Assembly (NCBI GenBank): GCA_963802945.1 | Contig: CAWDKY010000015.1 | Coordinates: 416,001-480,000, forward strand | DNA length: 64,000 nt | Direction: 5' to 3' | Source of the DNA: an uncultured delta proteobacterium | GTDB taxonomy: Bacteria > Desulfobacterota > RBG-13-43-22 | Shown here: positions 18,178 to 28,947 of the stretch, one piece after another | How the letters are laid out: the number at the start of each line of letters is the position of its first letter | How positions within the stretch are numbered: position 1 is the stretch's first letter | Notes under the pieces: generated by a model | Databases searched by the model: none | The model's input: only the letters and a program-made list of their open reading frames with translations | What the model was told of the DNA's origin: nothing | Program-made: the position numbers and the translations under genes

Positions 18178-20661
18178 TTAATTCAAATCGGCTAAAGACT
18201 TCACCACCATCAAACCCTGGATCACCTCGTCCGGCAGATTGAAAATTGATTTCAAAACTAATTCCGGACGGATTTCTCCTTCCGGACCAGGCTCCAGGGT
18301 CCAGGTTGCCATTAATGTACCGTTGTTTTCAGGCAGCAGGGTCATTGTCCTGATCACATTTTTCAGGTTAAAGGGCTCCGATTTTTTATTGAATCTTTTC
18401 ACTGGCCAGTAGGTGGAAGATAAAAATTCTTTAACCTTTTCTTCATCCGCTAGCGATTTATCCAGTTCCACCTGATATTGATAAACCTGTTTTTGAGGCA
18501 GGGGGCTATTCAGGGGGACCTCGGCCATTTCCAAGATTCGTGTCCCTGGAAAGAGTTCTTCCGGCAGTCGGTTTTTAATAGATTCGACCTTTGGCCGATT
18601 CAGCAATTGAATATCAATAAATTCCCCCAGACTGCTTATCCCCACCGGCAGGGCCGGCCCGAAGGACAGGCGGGGCATGGGATGAAATCCCTGAGAAAAG
18701 GCCAAAGACAGCTCGGCTCGACGTAAAGCGCGGATGATGGCCTCTTTCCATTCCAAATGACCCAGAAAGCGGGACGGTCCGGTTTTGGTGATGAGGAAGC
18801 GGAACTTTTTTATGGATTCCTGGGGATAAAGCACTGACGGACGGCCTGCAGGAATGGTGAATTCTTTAAAAAGCAGAGGCTTGACCTTCAAGGAAGAGCA
18901 GACTCCGCACTGGTTGCATTCCCCCTGCCGGCAATCAGAGGTGGATTCACCAATCATGCCTTTTTGATATTCATTCCAGAGATAGTTTTTCTCCACGCCG
19001 GTACGAATAAAATCCCAAGGCAGGAAATCCTCCTGATTCCGGGCTTGGAGATAACTTTGAAGATCCACCCCTTCTTCTTCAAAGGCCTGCTGCCAGATTG
19101 GCCAGGAAAAATATTCTCCCCAGCCGTCTAAAAAACTTCCTTTTTGAAAGGCCCGGTAAATAACCCGGCTTAAGCGTTGATCTCCCCGCGACAAAACACC
19201 TTCCAAAAAACTCTGCCGGGTATCGTTCCATTTGACCTGGATGTGCTTACTTTTCAAGGCCGAGCGAATAAAGTTCAAGCGAGAAAGACTTTCTTCCATA
19301 GAAAGCTGCCCGGCCCATTGAAAAGGGGTATGGGGCTTGGGAATAAAAGTGGAAAGGGCCACATGAATATCGATCCGCCCCTTTTTCCCCCGGACGGTCC
19401 TCTCAATCTTTTTGACCAGCAGGACCAACCCTTCCAAGTCTTCCTGCGTTTCGGAAGGCAGACCGATCATAAAGTATAATTTCAGCACCCTCCAGCCCAA
19501 ATTAAAAACCATTTGGGCGGTTTGGAGGATTTCCTCTTCAGTAATGTTTTTATTGATTATGTCCCGCAACCGCTGAGTGCCGGCTTCCGGGGCAATGGTA
19601 AAGCCGGTCTTACGGACCCGTAAAATCTGTTCGATGACCTCGGAGTTTAAGGTATCCACCCGGAGAGAGGGCAAAGAAACGGCTACCTTTTCTCTTTCCC
19701 AGCGTTCCATCAAGGCCGGCAGCAGCCGGTTTAAACAGGTATAATCGCCGCTGCTAAGAGAGAGCAAAGTAGCCTCAGAATATCCGGTCCGGCTTAAGCC
19801 CTCTTCAAGCAATTGATAGACCCGTTCCGGAGACCTCTCACGGACAGGACGATAGATAATACCGGCCTGACAAAATCGGCAGCCTCGGCTGCAGCCCCGG
19901 GTGATCTCCACACTTAGACGGTCATGGATGATTTGTTGAAAGGGTAGTGGGGAAATGGCCGGATATTCTGCCTGATTCAGATCAGGGATGATGCGTTTTT
20001 GAATGACCACGGGTTTCCCGTTCTCTTTTCTTTTTCTTGAGGCCAGTATCGGGACATAAACCCCGGGCAGGTCAGCCAGGGAAACCAGCAAGGCCTTCCT
20101 GTCTCCCTCTGCCTTCTTCCAGTTCAACCAGGCCGTGCAAATTTCCTGAATAACCTCTTCTCCCTCACCGATCACCAGGGCATCAAAAAATCCGGACATG
20201 GGTTCCGGATTGAAGGTGCAGGGGCCGCCGGCAATCACCACGGGATCTCCATCCTTTCGTTCAACAGCCCAGATGGGAATCCCGCCCAAAGAAAGCATAT
20301 TCAAGGCATTGGTATAACCCAATTCATAGGGCAGGCTGAAGCCGACTAAGTCGAATGCTTTAAGGGCCCGGCCCGATTCCAATGAAGGCAGAAGAAGGGA
20401 TTGTTCCTTCAACACCTGAGCCATGTCCGGGGCCGGAGTAAAGACCCTCTCGGCCCAGACTCCGGGCAGTTGATTTAAAATGTGATACAGGATTTTCATC
20501 CCCAGGTAAGACATGCCGACTTCGTACAGATCAGGAAAGGCCAGGGCAAAACGAAGGTCCACTTTTTCGGGTTCTTTAATAATTGAAAAAAGTTCTTCCC
20601 CCAAATAACGACTGGGCCGGCGGACCCGGCCCAGATATTTTTCCAATAATGGGTTCATCAT
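18178..20661 (-). CDS. TIGR03960-type B12-binding radical SAM protein fused to a DUF2344-like C-terminal domain
   Basis: FPDLYEVGMS, GCSRGCRFC, FIPKPHTPFQW; C-terminal RFLGHLE...FSQGFHPMPRLSFGPALPVG. Confidence 0.88.
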   Translation of the reverse strand: MMNPLLEKYLGRVRRPSRYLGEELFSIIKEPEKVDLRFALAFPDLYEVGMSYLGMKILYHILNQLPGVWAERVFTPAPDMAQVLKEQSLLLPSLESGRALKAFDLVGFSLPYELGYTNALNMLSLGGIPIWAVERKDGDPVVIAGGPCTFNPEPMSGFFDALVIGEGEEVIQEICTAWLNWKKAEGDRKALLVSLADLPGVYVPILASRKRKENGKPVVIQKRIIPDLNQAEYPAISPLPFQQIIHDRLSVEITRGCSRGCRFCQAGIIYRPVRERSPERVYQLLEEGLSRTGYSEATLLSLSSGDYTCLNRLLPALMERWEREKVAVSLPSLRVDTLNSEVIEQILRVRKTGFTIAPEAGTQRLRDIINKNITEEEILQTAQMVFNLGWRVLKLYFMIGLPSETQEDLEGLVLLVKKIERTVRGKKGRIDIHVALSTFIPKPHTPFQWAGQLSMEESLSRLNFIRSALKSKHIQVKWNDTRQSFLEGVLSRGDQRLSRVIYRAFQKGSFLDGWGEYFSWPIWQQAFEEEGVDLQSYLQARNQEDFLPWDFIRTGVEKNYLWNEYQKGMIGESTSDCRQGECNQCGVCSSLKVKPLLFKEFTIPAGRPSVLYPQESIKKFRFLITKTGPSRFLGHLEWKEAIIRALRRAELSLAFSQGFHPMPRLSFGPALPVGISSLGEFIDIQLLNRPKVESIKNRLPEELFPGTRILEMAEVPLNSPLPQKQVYQYQVELDKSLADEEKVKEFLSSTYWPVKRFNKKSEPFNLKNVIRTMTLLPENNGTLMATWTLEPGPEGEIRPELVLKSIFNLPDEVIQGLMVVKSLADLN

Positions 20662-20676
20662 TAACCTTAAAAAATA

Positions 20677-20770
20677 ATGGAATCCAGAAGACAGAATTCA
20701 GAAGGGAATTTAATCGCAAAAAAGATATACAGTTTTATTCTGTATTCTGAATTCTAACTTCTGGATTCTA
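20677..20770. repeat. inverted pair of degenerate heptamer repeat blocks
   Basis: GAATCCAGAAGACAGAATTCAGA ... TTCTGTATTCTGAATTCTAACTTCTGGATTC. Confidence 0.55.
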
Positions 20771-20786
20771 AAAATTACCAAAAAAA

Positions 20787-22373
20787 TTATTTCATCAACC
20801 CGTTCAAATCCTGTTCGGTATTTTTCAGGAAAGTTTTAATCTCCTGGATCTTTTCCTTCTGGGGGACGTTCACTCCTCTCATATAAGCCTTGATGGACTG
20901 CAAACGGCCTTCCAGAGAGGCAATCAGAGCCGGGATCTCTACAGCCTCAGGTATCGGCTCGGCAATCCTTGCCTGGGGTGGGATCAGGGAAATAGTTTCC
21001 TTCCACTCCGGGACCTTAACCTGAAAAGGATAGGAATTTTGGATGGCCTGGGCAAAGGCCAGGCTGGTCGATTCCTCGCCATGAATAACAAAGACCTTTA
21101 AGTTCGGATTTTTGAAATGACCAAGCCAAGCCAACAATTCTTTTTGATCGGCATGGGCTGAAAAACCGTTGATGGTGTGCACCTTGGCCTTGACCACCAC
21201 GTCTTCCTGAAAGATGCGGACCTTCCTTGCACCGTCAACGATGGCCCGCCCCAAGGTTCCCTCGGCCTGGAAACCGGTGAAGATTATCTGGGCCCCGGGC
21301 CGCCACAGATTGTGTTTCAGATGATGCTTGATCCTTCCGGCATTACACATGCCGCTGGCAGCGATGATAATAGCCGGGCCTTTTTGTTGATTGATGGCCA
21401 TGGATTCCTCAGCGGTCCTAGTATATTTCAACTCCGGCAGCTCTAGGGGGTTTTCCCCCTGGCTGACGAGTCGGGTCATCTCCTCATCAAAATATTCCGG
21501 GAATTTTTTAAAGATTTCCGTTGCCGCGATGGCCAGAGGGCTGTCTACGAAAATGGGAATGGAAGACATCTGTCCCTTTTTTCGAAATTCATGGAGCATA
21601 TAAAGAATTTCCTGAGTGCGCTCTACGGCAAAGGCCGGGATGATAATCTTCTCCCCATTTTTAATCCCTTCCAGGATGGCTGAAAGAAGTTCGGCTTTAC
21701 TTTCTTCCAAAGACTTGTGCTCCCGGTTGCCGTAGGTGGATTCCACGAATAAAAAATCGGCCTCCTCAATGATATCCGGATCAGGAACGATCAAGGCATC
21801 CTGTCGTCCAATATCCCCGGAAAAAATCACCTTGCCCTTCTGCCCTGGTTCCTGAAAACGGATGTCCAAAAAGGAAGCCCCCAGGATATGTCCGGCAGGA
21901 TGAAAACAGATTTCAATGTCAGGGTTGAGCAGCAGACACTCTTCCGGATCGACAGGCTGAAAAAAATTCAGACTGCGTTCCGCATCTTTGATCGTGTACA
22001 AGGGCTCCACCGGTTCCCGGCCGGAACGGATATTCTTCCGGTTTTGCCATTCAGATTCCATTTCCTGGATATGGGCGCTGTCCCGAAGCATGATTCGGCA
22101 GAGTTCAAAGGTGGCCTGGGTGCAGATGATCCTCCCTGTAAACCCTTCCTTAACTATTTTGGGGATCAGCCCGGAATGATCCATATGGGCATGAGTCAGC
22201 AAGATGTTTTTTATCTCCTGGGGTCGATAGGTTTCAGGGGAAAAGTTTCTTTTTTCAATGTCTTTTCCCCCCTGAAACATGCCGCAATCGACCAGGAACC
22301 GCGTGTCGGCCTGTTCCAGAAGAAAGCAGGAACCGGTAACTGTTCTCGTGGCGCCTAAACAGGTTACTTGCAT
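20787..22373 (-). CDS. MBL-fold beta-CASP ribonuclease-like protein
   Basis: VTGSC, DCGMFQG, THAHMDH, AGHILG, ESTYG, FSAHAD. Confidence 0.92.
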   Translation of the reverse strand: MQVTCLGATRTVTGSCFLLEQADTRFLVDCGMFQGGKDIEKRNFSPETYRPQEIKNILLTHAHMDHSGLIPKIVKEGFTGRIICTQATFELCRIMLRDSAHIQEMESEWQNRKNIRSGREPVEPLYTIKDAERSLNFFQPVDPEECLLLNPDIEICFHPAGHILGASFLDIRFQEPGQKGKVIFSGDIGRQDALIVPDPDIIEEADFLFVESTYGNREHKSLEESKAELLSAILEGIKNGEKIIIPAFAVERTQEILYMLHEFRKKGQMSSIPIFVDSPLAIAATEIFKKFPEYFDEEMTRLVSQGENPLELPELKYTRTAEESMAINQQKGPAIIIAASGMCNAGRIKHHLKHNLWRPGAQIIFTGFQAEGTLGRAIVDGARKVRIFQEDVVVKAKVHTINGFSAHADQKELLAWLGHFKNPNLKVFVIHGEESTSLAFAQAIQNSYPFQVKVPEWKETISLIPPQARIAEPIPEAVEIPALIASLEGRLQSIKAYMRGVNVPQKEKIQEIKTFLKNTEQDLNGLMK

Positions 22374-22596
22374 AATGAATTAACCTTTCTGAATGGTTGA
22401 AAAAAGGGTTCATGGATTCGAGGATTTAAAGGAGTTATTGGTAAAAGAGGGATGAAATACGATTTTCTCTTAAACCTTGAACGCTGAACCTTGAACCCTT
22501 TAATAACATCTATTGACAGTCTGAACTAAATAATATAATCAGATGGGTAAGAAATTCAATGAAAAAGTAAACTTTTTCGAAGCGGGGATTACGAAA

Positions 22597-23274
22597 ATGG
22601 CTAACGATATAAAACCAGAACTTCAGGAACATCAATACCTCATTGATGACCTGACTATCAAAGACTCATGGCGGATGTTCCGAATTTTGGGAGAATTTGT
22701 AGACGGCTTTGAAACCTTGTCTCAAATTTATCCTGCGGTCTCTATTTTCGGCTCGGCTCGGGCCAAACCCGGCGAGACTATCTACGAACAGGCGGTGGAG
22801 ATAGCCGGGCTTTTAGTCAAGGACGGATTCAATGTCATCTCCGGTGGCGGGCCAGGAATCATGGAAGCGGCCAACAAAGGAGCGGCCGAGGCGGGGGGTA
22901 AGTCGATCGGCTTGAACATCCAACTTCCTTATGAGCAAAAGCCCAATCCCTATGCCAATATTCGAATGAATTTCCGCTATTTCTTCGTCCGCAAGGTTAT
23001 GTTTGTTAAATATGCTGTGGCCTATGTCATCCTTCCCGGCGGGTTCGGGACCCTTGATGAATTCTCTGAGGCCATTACCCTTATTCAAACCCACCGTATC
23101 AAACCCTTTCCGGTAATTTTAGTGAACCGGGATTATTGGAAGGGGTTGCTGGACTGGATGCGTAAGGTGGTCTGCTCAGAAGGCAAGATCTCTCCCGATG
23201 ACATGGACATCATCCAGGTCATCGATGAACCGGAAGAAGTTGTCCGGGCTATCAAAAAGATTATTATTATTTAG
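22597..23274 (+). CDS. LOG/TIGR00730 family nucleotide phosphoribohydrolase
   Basis: SIFGSAR, GGGPGIMEAAN, PGGFGTLDE; start could be 22543. Confidence 0.9.
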   Translation: MANDIKPELQEHQYLIDDLTIKDSWRMFRILGEFVDGFETLSQIYPAVSIFGSARAKPGETIYEQAVEIAGLLVKDGFNVISGGGPGIMEAANKGAAEAGGKSIGLNIQLPYEQKPNPYANIRMNFRYFFVRKVMFVKYAVAYVILPGGFGTLDEFSEAITLIQTHRIKPFPVILVNRDYWKGLLDWMRKVVCSEGKISPDDMDIIQVIDEPEEVVRAIKKIIII

Positions 23275-23426
23275 TCCTCATCCGGAAAAGATGAAAGGGG
23301 ATGAGTACGGTCAGACATCAACTTTCAACTATCAGAAAAGACCTTTAACCATAAGGGGTTGACTGAATGCTGATCGCTGACTGGTAATGTAGTGTTCCAA
23401 TAAAAAGTTTACAATATTCATTAAAT

Positions 23427-23514
23427 GCCATTCCTGCGAAAGCAGGAATCCAGGTTAAATAGGCTGGATTCCGGATCGGGCCTGCCCCGTACCTGATACG
23501 GGGTCCGGAATGAC
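23427..23514. repeat. REP-like palindromic doublet, copy 2, with a nested hairpin
   Basis: GCCATTCCTGCGAAAGCAGGAATCCAG...CTGGATTCCGG...CCCCGTACCTGATACGGGG...CCGGAATGAC. Confidence 0.75.
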
Positions 23515-23558
23515 AACCTTGTCAAGCGAATACTATTACACTTCAATTCTAATTTTCT

Positions 23559-25060
23559 CTACATTACAATATCCCGTTTAATAATCTTGCCTGAAGGCGT
23601 TTTAGGAAATTCATGGACAAACTGGATGATGCGGGGATATTTGTAGGGAGCGACCTGGGCCTTAACATATTGCTTCAATTCTTCCGCAGTGGTTTCCATT
23701 CCCGGACGGAGAACTACTGCAGCCGCCACCTCTTCTCCTAAATCGGAAGAAGGGATTCCGATAACCGCCGCTTCCAGGACCGCCGGGTGGGTATATAAAA
23801 CTTCCTCAATCTCCCGGGGATAAATATTATACCCCCCTCGGATGATCAAATCCTTCTTGCGGTCGACGATATAAATATAACCGTCCTCATCCCTACGGGC
23901 CAGGTCACCGGTATGCAAAAAACCACCTCGCAAGGCCTCGGCCGTGGCTTCCGGATTATTCAGATATCCCTTCATCATAGCCGCCCCGGAGACAATCAAC
24001 TCGCCGATCTCTCCAGAAGGGACATCCCGGTCTTGTTCATCCACAATACGTACTTGAAAACCCGGAATCGGCAGACCGATCGAACCGGGACGTGTCGGCC
24101 GGCCAAAGGGATTTTCCACACAGGTTGGAGAGAATTCCGTTAGCCCATAGCTTTCATAGATGGTTGTCTTGAAGCTCTTTTCAAATCGGTGCAGGATTTC
24201 CACCGGAAGGGAAGCCCCTCCGGAAATACAGAAACGCAGGCTGGACCTTTTCGGCGGATGACTTGAAGCCAATTCCGCCAGTCGAATGACCATGGTGGGG
24301 ACGGCATAAAGGAGAGTGCTTTTTTCTTCTTCAATGGCCTTAAGAACCTCTTCGGCATCAAAGACAGACCACATCCTGATGGTCAATCCGAGGAGAATGG
24401 ATATGTTTAAGGCATGAGTCTGGCCGTAGATATGAAAAAGGGGGAGCACACTCAAGGACTATATCTTCCGCTTCAGTTTGACGCACCTGGGCTACGGCCC
24501 TGGCATCCGTCATGAGACTTTGATGGGTCAAGACCGCCCCTTTGGGTTTCCCGGTCGTGCCGCTGGTATAGATCACGGCCAAGGGATCTTGGCCGTCGGT
24601 CGGGTGGGTTTCCATATCGACTTCCTGGTCGAACAAATCGGTTAAGGGAAAAAATCCGGGAGGCAGATCCCGTCCATCGGCGATACGCAGGTCGATTTGA
24701 GGACAGGAGGTCATGGCCGATAAGGCCTCAGGCAAATAGTCGCTGTGGCCGATGAAGGCCCGAGCGCCGGAATCGGTGAATATATATTCCAGTTCCCTTT
24801 GGCGAAAGAGAAAATTGACCGGCACAGCCACGGCCCCCAGTTTGGCCAGGGCATAATAAACCAGGGCCCAATTCAGGGAACTGGGCATCATCAATACGCA
24901 GAAATCACCGGCCTTAAGGCCTAAACGGGCCAAGCCCCCGGGCCAATCGATTCACGTCACGGTTCATTTCTCCGTAAGTGACAATGCTTTTTTCAAATCG
25001 GATGGCCGGATGGTCCGGGATCCGTTTGGCAGTATCGGTCAAAAAGTCTGCTAAATTCAT
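23559..25060 (-). pseudogene. long-chain fatty acid--CoA ligase split by two +1 frameshifts (pseudogene or consensus error)
   Basis: Start MNLADFLTDTAKRIPDHPA at 25060; YTSGTTGKPKG, YGLTE, TGDLA, GKI motifs; extra bases near 24937 (C5 run on plus strand) and near 24456. Confidence 0.85.
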
Positions 25061-25269
25061 TTTTGAGGGGCCTCTTTAACTGTTTCAAGCCAAGGATTTC
25101 CTCTCTGAGGAATCGATTCTCTTTTTTCAATTCTTCTCTAGAGGGTTCTTTTTTCATGGTTCGGACTTTCCCTGGCAGGTTCTCTACCAAGTATAGTGAG
25201 GGTTATTCTGTTCTGTCAAAGCAATTCTGTCCCCCTTCGATGTTCTTGTGATTTTCAAACAGTTGGGTT

Positions 25270-26184
25270 ATGTTAAAGGTCGTGGATATAAATGAAAAAT
25301 ACCCAGCCCCGGTAAGACAGGCTTCAACGGTGGTTCTTGTCCGGGAGTATGATCGGGAACTCCAAGTCTACCTGCTTCGACGCAGCACGGAGAGCGGGTT
25401 TTTCCCGGGAAGTTATGTCTTTCCCGGGGGTGCTCTGAACCCGGATGAGCGGGATGCGACCTTCTGGCAAGAGCATATTGATTTACCGCCTGAAGACCTC
25501 CTGAAAACCTTTGGTGCTGGGTTGGATATCAAAGGAATCATCGCTTACGGGGTAGCGGCTATACGGGAGACTTTTGAAGAAGCTGGGATTTTTCTGGCAC
25601 AAAAAAAGAACCATGGGAACGGTTCTTTTAGAAGAACCAATGAGCGACCTTCCACTGAAGAGCTCGATGAAGGATGGTTTCGCAGGAGGGTATCGGATGA
25701 AGACTGGATGCTTTCCTTTTCAAATCTTTTCCCATGGTCCCATTGGATTACACCGGAGGTCATGCCCAAACGATTTGATACCCGTTTTTTTGTAGCCTTT
25801 ATGCCGGAAGACCAGGAATGTATTCCGGATGATCGGGAAACCGTTCATGGGCTCTGGGTCAGCCCGGGGAAGGGCCTTCAAAGGAATTTGCATGGGGAGA
25901 TACCCCTTAGTCCCCCGACCTTGGTCACCCTTCACGAGCTGTTGAAATTTGGAACAATGGACAGTCTCAGTAAGGCGACTCGATCCCGATCCTGGGGAGA
26001 CCCGATCCAGCCGATTAATATAAAACTGGATGAAGGGGCCGTCATTGTGGAACCCTGGGACCCTTATTATGGGAAACCGATTGAAATCGATCCCGACGGT
26101 TTAGCGGGGAAGGTTATCCCTGCGGGAGAAGCCTTTTCCCGTCTCTGGTTGAATCAGGGAATCTGGCGACCAGTGAGGATCTGA
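25270..26184 (+). CDS. NUDIX hydrolase (NUDT19/acyl-CoA diphosphatase-like)
   Basis: YVFPGG, AAIRETFEEAG, HWITPE...RFDTRFF, LSPPT. Confidence 0.85.
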   Translation: MLKVVDINEKYPAPVRQASTVVLVREYDRELQVYLLRRSTESGFFPGSYVFPGGALNPDERDATFWQEHIDLPPEDLLKTFGAGLDIKGIIAYGVAAIRETFEEAGIFLAQKKNHGNGSFRRTNERPSTEELDEGWFRRRVSDEDWMLSFSNLFPWSHWITPEVMPKRFDTRFFVAFMPEDQECIPDDRETVHGLWVSPGKGLQRNLHGEIPLSPPTLVTLHELLKFGTMDSLSKATRSRSWGDPIQPINIKLDEGAVIVEPWDPYYGKPIEIDPDGLAGKVIPAGEAFSRLWLNQGIWRPVRI

Positions 26185-26316
26185 AAAATGAAACATAGGT
26201 CAATTATACAACTTGAAACTTGTTTCTTCCAGGAGCGATAAAAATGATAAGCTTCAAGGAAGGTTTTGTGTTAATGTGGAAAGTTACATTAATTGCAGCC
26301 TAGGGGAAAATATCAA

Positions 26317-27003
26317 ATGGAAAAAATGAAAACAGGGAAGGTTTTGACCTTAGATGAAAAGGCTACTGAAATAGATAAAGGTTTGAATCAAGCTTATCCC
26401 CAAGCCCGATGTTCCCTCCATTTTAAAAATCCCTTGGAGCTCTTGATCGCCACCATCCTATCAGCCCAGTGCACAGACAAACGGGTCAACGAGGTAACCA
26501 GGACCCTGTTTAAAAAATATAAGACCGCCCAAGATTATGTCCGGGTTCCCCTAATGGATCTGGAGGAAGATATCAGGCCTACGGGGTTCTTTCATAACAA
26601 GGCCAAGAATATTCAACAATGCTGCCGGGAATTGATTAATCAATATCAAGGAAAAGTACCTCAGACTATGGAGGAGCTGGTAGCCTTGCCGGGGATCGGC
26701 CGCAAAACCGCCAATGTAGTCCTGGGCAATGCCTTCGGCATTCCCGGGATTGTCGTCGATACCCATGTGGGCCGGATCTCCCAGCGACTGGGCCTGACTC
26801 AAGAAAAAGACCCGGTCAAGATCGAGTTCGCCTTGATGCCTTTGATCCTCAAGAAGCATTGGATTGTTTTTTCACACCAGATGATTGAACACGGTCGAAT
26901 GCTTTGTACGGCCCTTGCCCCCAAGTGTCCTTCCTGTTTTCTGCGGCCTTTTTGTGATTTCGGAAATCGGGAGGATCACTTTCTGAGAGGGGGAAAGAAA
27001 TGA
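26317..27003 (+). CDS. nth: endonuclease III
   Basis: LLIATILSAQCTDKRVN, LPGIGRKTANV (HhH), VDTHV, C-X6-C-X2-C-X5-C. Confidence 0.95.
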   Translation: MEKMKTGKVLTLDEKATEIDKGLNQAYPQARCSLHFKNPLELLIATILSAQCTDKRVNEVTRTLFKKYKTAQDYVRVPLMDLEEDIRPTGFFHNKAKNIQQCCRELINQYQGKVPQTMEELVALPGIGRKTANVVLGNAFGIPGIVVDTHVGRISQRLGLTQEKDPVKIEFALMPLILKKHWIVFSHQMIEHGRMLCTALAPKCPSCFLRPFCDFGNREDHFLRGGKK

Positions 27004-27104
27004 ATCAACCTGCCGCTGATTCCCTTCCTTTGGTTGAGATAAAAAACCTTTTCAAATCTTACTATCGGGGCGGTCAACAAATCCCCATTAGAGAATACCG
27101 ATAA
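27000..27104 (+). pseudogene. N-terminal remnant of an ABC transporter ATP-binding protein
   Basis: ATGA-coupled to nth; MNQPAADSLPLVEIKNLFKSYYRGGQQIP, then truncated. Confidence 0.6.
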
Positions 27105-27411
27105 AAATCAGGCAAAGAACCACTACGATTAGAATGACCCGTCCTTTTTTCTGAGGTCTGACTAATAGGGCAGACGCCGATCCGTTTCTAGAAATCTTAA
27201 GTTGAGAGAGATCTTCTTTTTCCATTTGTCTTTTTCCCCTCAATCTGATATATTTTTTAATAGATATTAATGGTTCATGCCTTTTAGGGGCACCTTCAAG
27301 ACATGAAAATTGATTTCGCCGAATTATTTTCTTTTTAAATGAGTCGTTTCCCCTAACTGTCCTGCTTCCCCGGACTTCTTTAAAATTGGCTCTCAGTAAT
27401 TTTCAAGTTAA

Positions 27412-27488
27412 GGGCGATTAGCTCAGGTGGATAGAGCGTTGGTCTCCGGAACCAAAGGCCGTGGGTTCAAGTCCCGCATCGCCCGCCA
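27412..27488 (+). tRNA. tRNA-Arg (CCG)
   Basis: Cloverleaf GGGCGATTAGCTCAG...TTGGT-CT-CCG-GA-ACCAA...GGTTCAAGTCC...CGCCCGCCA. Confidence 0.95.
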
Positions 27489-27489
27489 A

Positions 27490-27800
27490 GTAAAAATAAC
27501 CACTTACATCTTTTGAGTTCTCTTTATAAGTCAATTTTACCTCATTTTCTAACGATATTCTAACGGAGTTCAAAGAACTCTCCAAAAGATCCACTTGTTG
27601 CCGATTAAAATTGGCATCATTAAACAAGTGCCCATAAACATCAAGGGTGATCTGGATACTGGAATGTCCCAGTTGAGTGGATAAATATTTGATGTTTTGG
27701 TTGGCCAGGATTCGCATGGAAGCGTTAGTATGTCTTAACGAATAAAAAGATACCTGTCTTAATCCCGCCCGTCTTAAGGCCGGGTTAAAATACCTTTTGG
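27490..27800 (-). pseudogene. tyrosine recombinase/integrase C-terminal remnant
   Basis: FNPALRRAGLRQVSFYSLRHTNAS...QLGHSSIQITLDVYGH; N-terminus absent; converges on the tRNA 3' end. Confidence 0.85.
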
Positions 27801-28137
27801 CTACATTATCGTGAGAGGAAGGCTTCCCGTCTGCTCCCGGAAAGACAAGATCAAGCTCCCCAATAGGACAGCGAAGTTTCCACTTTTTAAGCTCTTGAAT
27901 AAGATGGTTTGATACATCGACTCTCCGAATTGAATCAAAGCTCTAGAGTAGGTCCTGAAATAAGCCATTATTTTGCCTGCAATTTTTAAGTATTTCAAGT
28001 CAATAAAATTACTTGACATTTTGTTCATTATATTAAAAAATAAAATTATATTTAGTGAAAACTGATTTGAAAAACGAATAAGGTATCAGGAAAAATTGCA
28101 TAAACCAACCGAGGCCAGGCCATCCATGGAGGTGTTT

Positions 28138-28776
28138 ATGATTAAATCTATACTAAAGCGATCAAGTCTTTTTATATTTACCGTTTTATGCCTGTCGAGT
28201 CTTATTCTCCCTTTCTCTTTGTCCGCTGCTGGGGAGTCGAATACTCTGGAGGCCTCCATAGCGGCTGATGTGGCCTCAGGCCGGGATATTGCCCAAATTA
28301 TTCAAAGCGCCATTGCTGGCGGAATGAGCCTGGAAGATGCCATCGGGGCAATTATTAAGGCCGGGGGCGATCCGGCCAATGTTACCTATCTGGCCATTAC
28401 CGCCAAGTATCCGGCGGGATCTGTGGTTAAAGGCGCCTGTGAGGGTATTGCTAAAATGAAGTTATCAAGAGAGGATTTATTGAAGGGAATAACTCTTATT
28501 TTTTCAGCCGCAATTCAGGCCGGAGCAAGCCAAACCCAGATTTGTAAGAGCTGCTTAGCAGCAGGAGTGGATTCGACACTAATCGCCAATGCCTATAGCG
28601 AGGCCTCCACAACCCAGGGACCGGCATTCGGATATACCCCTCCGGGCGGCCCAACGGGCCTCGGCTTTGGAGCACCCGGACCCGGTTCGGGTGGCTCCGG
28701 AGGAGGAGGTGGTGGTGGTGGTGGAGGAGCTGCAATAAAAATAAGAACCGCCAGTCGGTATAAGCCTTTACCTTAA
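28138..28776 (+). CDS. hypothetical secreted protein with helical repeats and a Pro/poly-Gly tail
   Basis: GGAGGTG RBS, signal-peptide-like N-terminus, GGGGGGGGG tract. Confidence 0.7.
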   Translation: MIKSILKRSSLFIFTVLCLSSLILPFSLSAAGESNTLEASIAADVASGRDIAQIIQSAIAGGMSLEDAIGAIIKAGGDPANVTYLAITAKYPAGSVVKGACEGIAKMKLSREDLLKGITLIFSAAIQAGASQTQICKSCLAAGVDSTLIANAYSEASTTQGPAFGYTPPGGPTGLGFGAPGPGSGGSGGGGGGGGGGAAIKIRTASRYKPLP

Positions 28777-28947
28777 TAATCCTGATAAGCTAATAAGATG
28801 GGAAAAGAAGTTTTGACCCAGGAGTAGATCGCCCTGGGCGAAAGAAAAGGCCTGCTTATTCTCGGCAATCAAGTCAGACTAAAGCGGACGGATGGTTCCA
28901 AGGTCTTTAAACTTTAACCGGTTTTTCAAACTAAAAGGGATTCTTTT

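Noticed and set aside
24993-25190. 65-aa ORF upstream of the acyl-CoA ligase
   Set aside because: Its 3' half overlaps the true ligase N-terminus in another frame; at most a short coiled-coil remnant
27418-27717. 99-aa ORF as an intact integrase
   Set aside because: Only the C-terminal catalytic fragment is present and the ORF tail is antisense tRNA-Arg
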